Shown here in pieces: positions 62,701 to 64,000 of a stretch of DNA of 64,000 nt (positions within the stretch are counted from its first letter, which is position 1; every line of letters starts with the position of its first letter). Under the pieces are notes generated by a model, which saw nothing but the letters and a program-made list of their open reading frames with translations, was not told where the DNA came from and did no database searches. A program made the translations under genes and the position numbers. Source of the DNA: Planctomycetota bacterium (GTDB lineage Bacteria; Planctomycetota; GCA-002687715; CAIWVZ01); contig JBGANV010000004.1 in NCBI GenBank assembly GCA_044222185.1, positions 288,001 to 352,000 of the forward strand, written 5' to 3'.

Positions 62701-64000
62701 CGTGGACTACTGGCCCACGGGTCTCGTGCGCACGGTGAAGACGAGCGGGCCCGGCGGGTGGGAATCGGCCATCGCGTATGCGCGCATCTCGAACGGCCAG
62801 GTCGTCCCCGGATACGACGCCAACGGGAACGTGACGCACATCACGGATTCCACCGGCGCCGTGACGGAGTACGTCTACGACGAGCTCGATCGGATCGTCG
62901 GCGCCCGACACTACGGGTTGCCTGGGGCCCAGGTCGCGCCCAAGTCGCTCGACGTGACTCTCGATCGGGTCGGCAACCTGATCGACGTCGTCCGGTCGAG
63001 CGCCGGGGCTGCGGACGTACCGTTGCTCGCGACTCACTTCGATTACGCCTGCGTCGGTTGCGGATCCAAACTCACCGGGATCCACCATCGCCTCGCCGAT
63101 GCCAGCGTCGTCGAAGATCTGACGTTCACGCGCGACGTGCTCGGACGCCCCGTCACGCGGACCGATCGCGACGGGTCACACGCGTACGCGTACGACGGGC
63201 TCGGGCGGCTCCTCGGCGCCACGCACACCGGCTCCACGCTGCCGCTGGAAACCTACAGCTACGACGCGACCGGCAACCGCGCGTCGAGTCACCTCAGTCC
63301 GCAGTACACCTACGGGTATCAGGCCGCGAGCGGCGGCAATCAACTGCTGCAGGACGGCACCTACGCGTACACGTACGACCCGAACGGCAGCCTGATCGAA
63401 CGTCTCGATCAGGCGACGCAGGCGCGGATCAACTACACCTACGACCACCGCTCGCGGCTCGTGGGGATCACGCACCGCAACTCCGTCGGTACGGTCGTCA
63501 GCCAGTCGCAGTTCACCTACGACCCCTTCGATCGGATCATCCAGGTCCAGGACGCGGCCGGCACGCGGCGGATCATCTGGAGCGAGGGAAATCCGCTCGC
63601 GGTCGTGGATGCGCAGGGCACCGTCCTGCGGCGCTCGTTCTACGGACCCGAGACCGACGACCTTCTCGCCGAGGAAGTGGCGGGCCAGACGCAGTGGGTC
63701 ACGCACGACGACGTGGGCACGGTGCGGACGCGCGTGGTCGATCCCGGGACGATCACGACGCAGTACGCCTACGATTCGTTCGGGCGCCTGATCTCGCAGA
63801 CGCCCGCGAACGCGTCGTCGACGGCGCTGTTCGGCGGGCGCGACGCCGTGGATGGCTCGGGGCTTCTCGCGTTCCGCGCGCGGTTCTACGACCCGCTGAC
63901 GGGACGCTTCACGCAGGAAGATCCCGTTTCGCCGTACCAGTACGAGTGGCCCGAGAACGATCCGCTGTTCATGACGGATCCGTCCGGCAAGAACGCGATC
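56705..64000 (+). CDS. Giant secreted RHS/YD-repeat protein (partial): QW-motif alpha/alpha domain, Ig-like repeats, RHS core
   Basis: Read manually from ATG 56705 and in the same frame at the window end. Signal peptide, GLRYLYRNQNADGSW, GGWNY, five He_PIG/cadherin-like repeats, TRRYDS..GDFGAGW, YD repeats, RARFYDP.TGRFTQEDP...DPSG. Missing from the ORF track because there is no stop in the window. Confidence 0.9.
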   Translation, partial: MTRTSSPWCSWTLAVVVIASLAPAQLRVGVMPGYPNAPKVTPEERRPVRPGVPTFVWGNANGGNGTANGASYTWSFSPNQNLSIVRVAGGSPNGPFTGTVTNDRFIAEEIVFNLLNQSTRETVTATLTVDAGAGGIAARSVQLAVIATNDPAASQPLQRLAIDANIAIEDGLRYLYRNQNADGSWTGNSVAGNIPCAATGFVVWAFENQRHLPTNDVNEDIYAEWVQKGLDFLFRSLQVLSGPNDTLAPRANLGRGATQNGRSDLNSNGKVITLCPGTTSGYASSIACAAIIASAAPNRVVGVSPSGTPGAIGMTYKQVVEDVIDWFGHTQNEGGNGVWNGRGGWNYDPTSTQTRSDMSINSWMFVALEGADDVFNIDIPDWIAQEAEYALVNHQSNVTGVSPFGYTNAGSCLGPFQQMMATSGGGLSGLVVVEREGPHVTPAQIINAQSGPLNSITAKRNSALAYIGQYWHEVSNGPYCNGHFNNYYGMWTLARALRLTAKAMGLPQGQNLSIVNNGVSFDWETGEDLLTGTVAGLGNGAGVTPVVREGYANWLVRNRSTSGDSTVRGRWNSGINFLGPIMESACAVLVLTPRVFPSPCPAVVNIPIVELSPPVNTGVPPGTQAVLSGRAVSATPERPILAVLVNDVPADSLDASGRFFKTVTINGGINTFTVRAVDACGASEVLHTIVGGTSVNQFQNLSNVTTDIAIQYTNTTFNTLTNELVFTGMACNSGTQILDGPVVLVIDNITQPSIQIVNPDGTTPSGKPYFVFLDNPAQPHLGPGQCSPPKTMRFHNPSQLPLVFSRTWLAVTNRPPVFVSSPVVTAGASQAYVYQPQVVDPDGDTLTFSLDQAPAGMTIQPALGLVTWTTPPVASAATFSVVVRASDGRGGSATQSYFLDVLSQLPNHPPVFTSVPPSQSAIGASYHYQVTAFDPDADPITFSKIAGPSSLTVSASGAVDWPFVVPGTVTLTVRASDPSGAYSEQTWALSAGSLTSSAGAPLIFGTPPTIGVAGSPYLYQAVGSTPAPGQTHTWSLGPAPTGMQVDPASGLVTWTPGSAQVGVHNVLLTLSNGAGGSAAQAWSVQVYLQAPNRPPVITSTPPLIAEVNVPYSYAVVAQDPDQDAIVFGLVNPPAGMTINSATGALAWTPSSAGGQTVAISATDPHGAFGSQVYFLNVLPPNHAPVIVSTAATTATIGSTYYYDVNATDADADPITYSLVTAPTGMSIGAATGVIAWNPTLAQVGPNPVVVRASDGRGGQPTQSFTVTVTPDNQAPLVSILVQPSTVPAPIINAPITICVQAGDNVGVVSRTLSIAGVPATLDGFWCTTITPAQPGPIVLAATAADAAGNVGTTSTTINVVDPNPANAPTVSLVSPAPGTVITGPTPIVANVVSAQPLGLTWQVRLTNARTGVVKVVAQGNGTVNQGTLGVIDPTLLPNDGYTAEITATNGAFTFTLPFEMGVAGTFKLGNFRYETVDVAIPVAGIPLAVTRRYDSLDTSPGDFGAGWSLGLNVRVSDVPKESPREGFHVGTRVYVTRSDGRRVGFSCTATPTSWLFPFIVQIGFTPDAGVTDTLELAQPEFVIVSQGVLLSGFADVFNPDEYKFTTQQGVVYTLSEATGLENVVDANGNSLAVTPQGIFSSTGVALLYQRDSAGRITSITEPQVPGSSGPPSQLTYVYDAIGNLTEFHDELGRTVKYFYQQPGAPHYMTRAEDPTGNPFVRNVYDGNGRLIAQCSGDGDPAQVPANPCGATPTPGCTLYCFDPMSTTQTIYTARGHRVDLVIDLRGNVLLERHYLANGTPVDTTFTYWPGTDLVHTTTDAEGNVTTQTYDAAGRIVSETGETGTYTFTYNGCGELATETDPLGNTYQYVYDSACQLRTIIDPLGGHTQVDYQSTCGVGGCHVSGYTDPVGNHWSVTYDAFGNPQTTTDPRGFQIHSQYDAVGQLVRETDRTGRQADYAYDASGRITTVTYNTTPPEIVRYTYDSGGRLVRVVDNRTSVFVDYWPTGLVRTVKTSGPGGWESAIAYARISNGQVVPGYDANGNVTHITDSTGAVTEYVYDELDRIVGARHYGLPGAQVAPKSLDVTLDRVGNLIDVVRSSAGAADVPLLATHFDYACVGCGSKLTGIHHRLADASVVEDLTFTRDVLGRPVTRTDRDGSHAYAYDGLGRLLGATHTGSTLPLETYSYDATGNRASSHLSPQYTYGYQAASGGNQLLQDGTYAYTYDPNGSLIERLDQATQARINYTYDHRSRLVGITHRNSVGTVVSQSQFTYDPFDRIIQVQDAAGTRRIIWSEGNPLAVVDAQGTVLRRSFYGPETDDLLAEEVAGQTQWVTHDDVGTVRTRVVDPGTITTQYAYDSFGRLISQTPANASSTALFGGRDAVDGSGLLAFRARFYDPLTGRFTQEDPVSPYQYEWPENDPLFMTDPSGKNAI

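Noticed and set aside
56573-63088. Long minus-strand ORFs (1225 aa, 911 aa) and an 891-aa alternate plus-frame ORF
   Set aside because: Shadows of the RHS gene; Arg-rich, motif-free sequences typical of high-GC off-frames.

Overview
A high-GC, gene-dense bacterial chromosomal segment. It is most likely from a Planctomycetota-like diderm, inferred from a PSCyt/PSD1 + DUF1501 pair, an ECF sigma factor with a long extracytoplasmic extension, and bamD/lptE. In order it holds: a hopanoid/isoprenoid cluster (hpnI-like, ispH, hpnH, CruF/DUF422-like); two ECF sigma factors; a persulfide dioxygenase-rhodanese, SDR and dienelactone hydrolase; a two-component pair with a sigma54 activator; an epimerase-cobalamin radical SAM fusion beside HAD, GT4, S9 peptidase and GT-C genes; three tandem Uma2 nuclease genes; DUF1501/PSCyt; htpG; rsmE; several secreted hypothetical proteins; a hlyC-recO-bamD-lptE-folP-cdaA-cdaR-glmM run followed directly by a DUF692 (MNIO) enzyme and partner; plsC-like; yqgE; glnS; and a >2400-aa RHS protein that runs off the window and is absent from the ORF track. 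The most unusual items are: (1) the Uma2 array, organised as ~392-bp near-identical repeats separating unrelated 285-bp nuclease cores; (2) an atypical MNIO pair with no visible precursor, attached to the cdaA-cdaR-glmM operon; (3) the SDR-radical SAM fusion with a CX3CX3C motif; (4) the RHS protein with an N-terminal QW-motif (prenyltransferase/cyclase-like) domain. No rRNA, tRNA, CRISPR array or transposase was recognised. All calls come from reading motifs by eye; no database searches were run.
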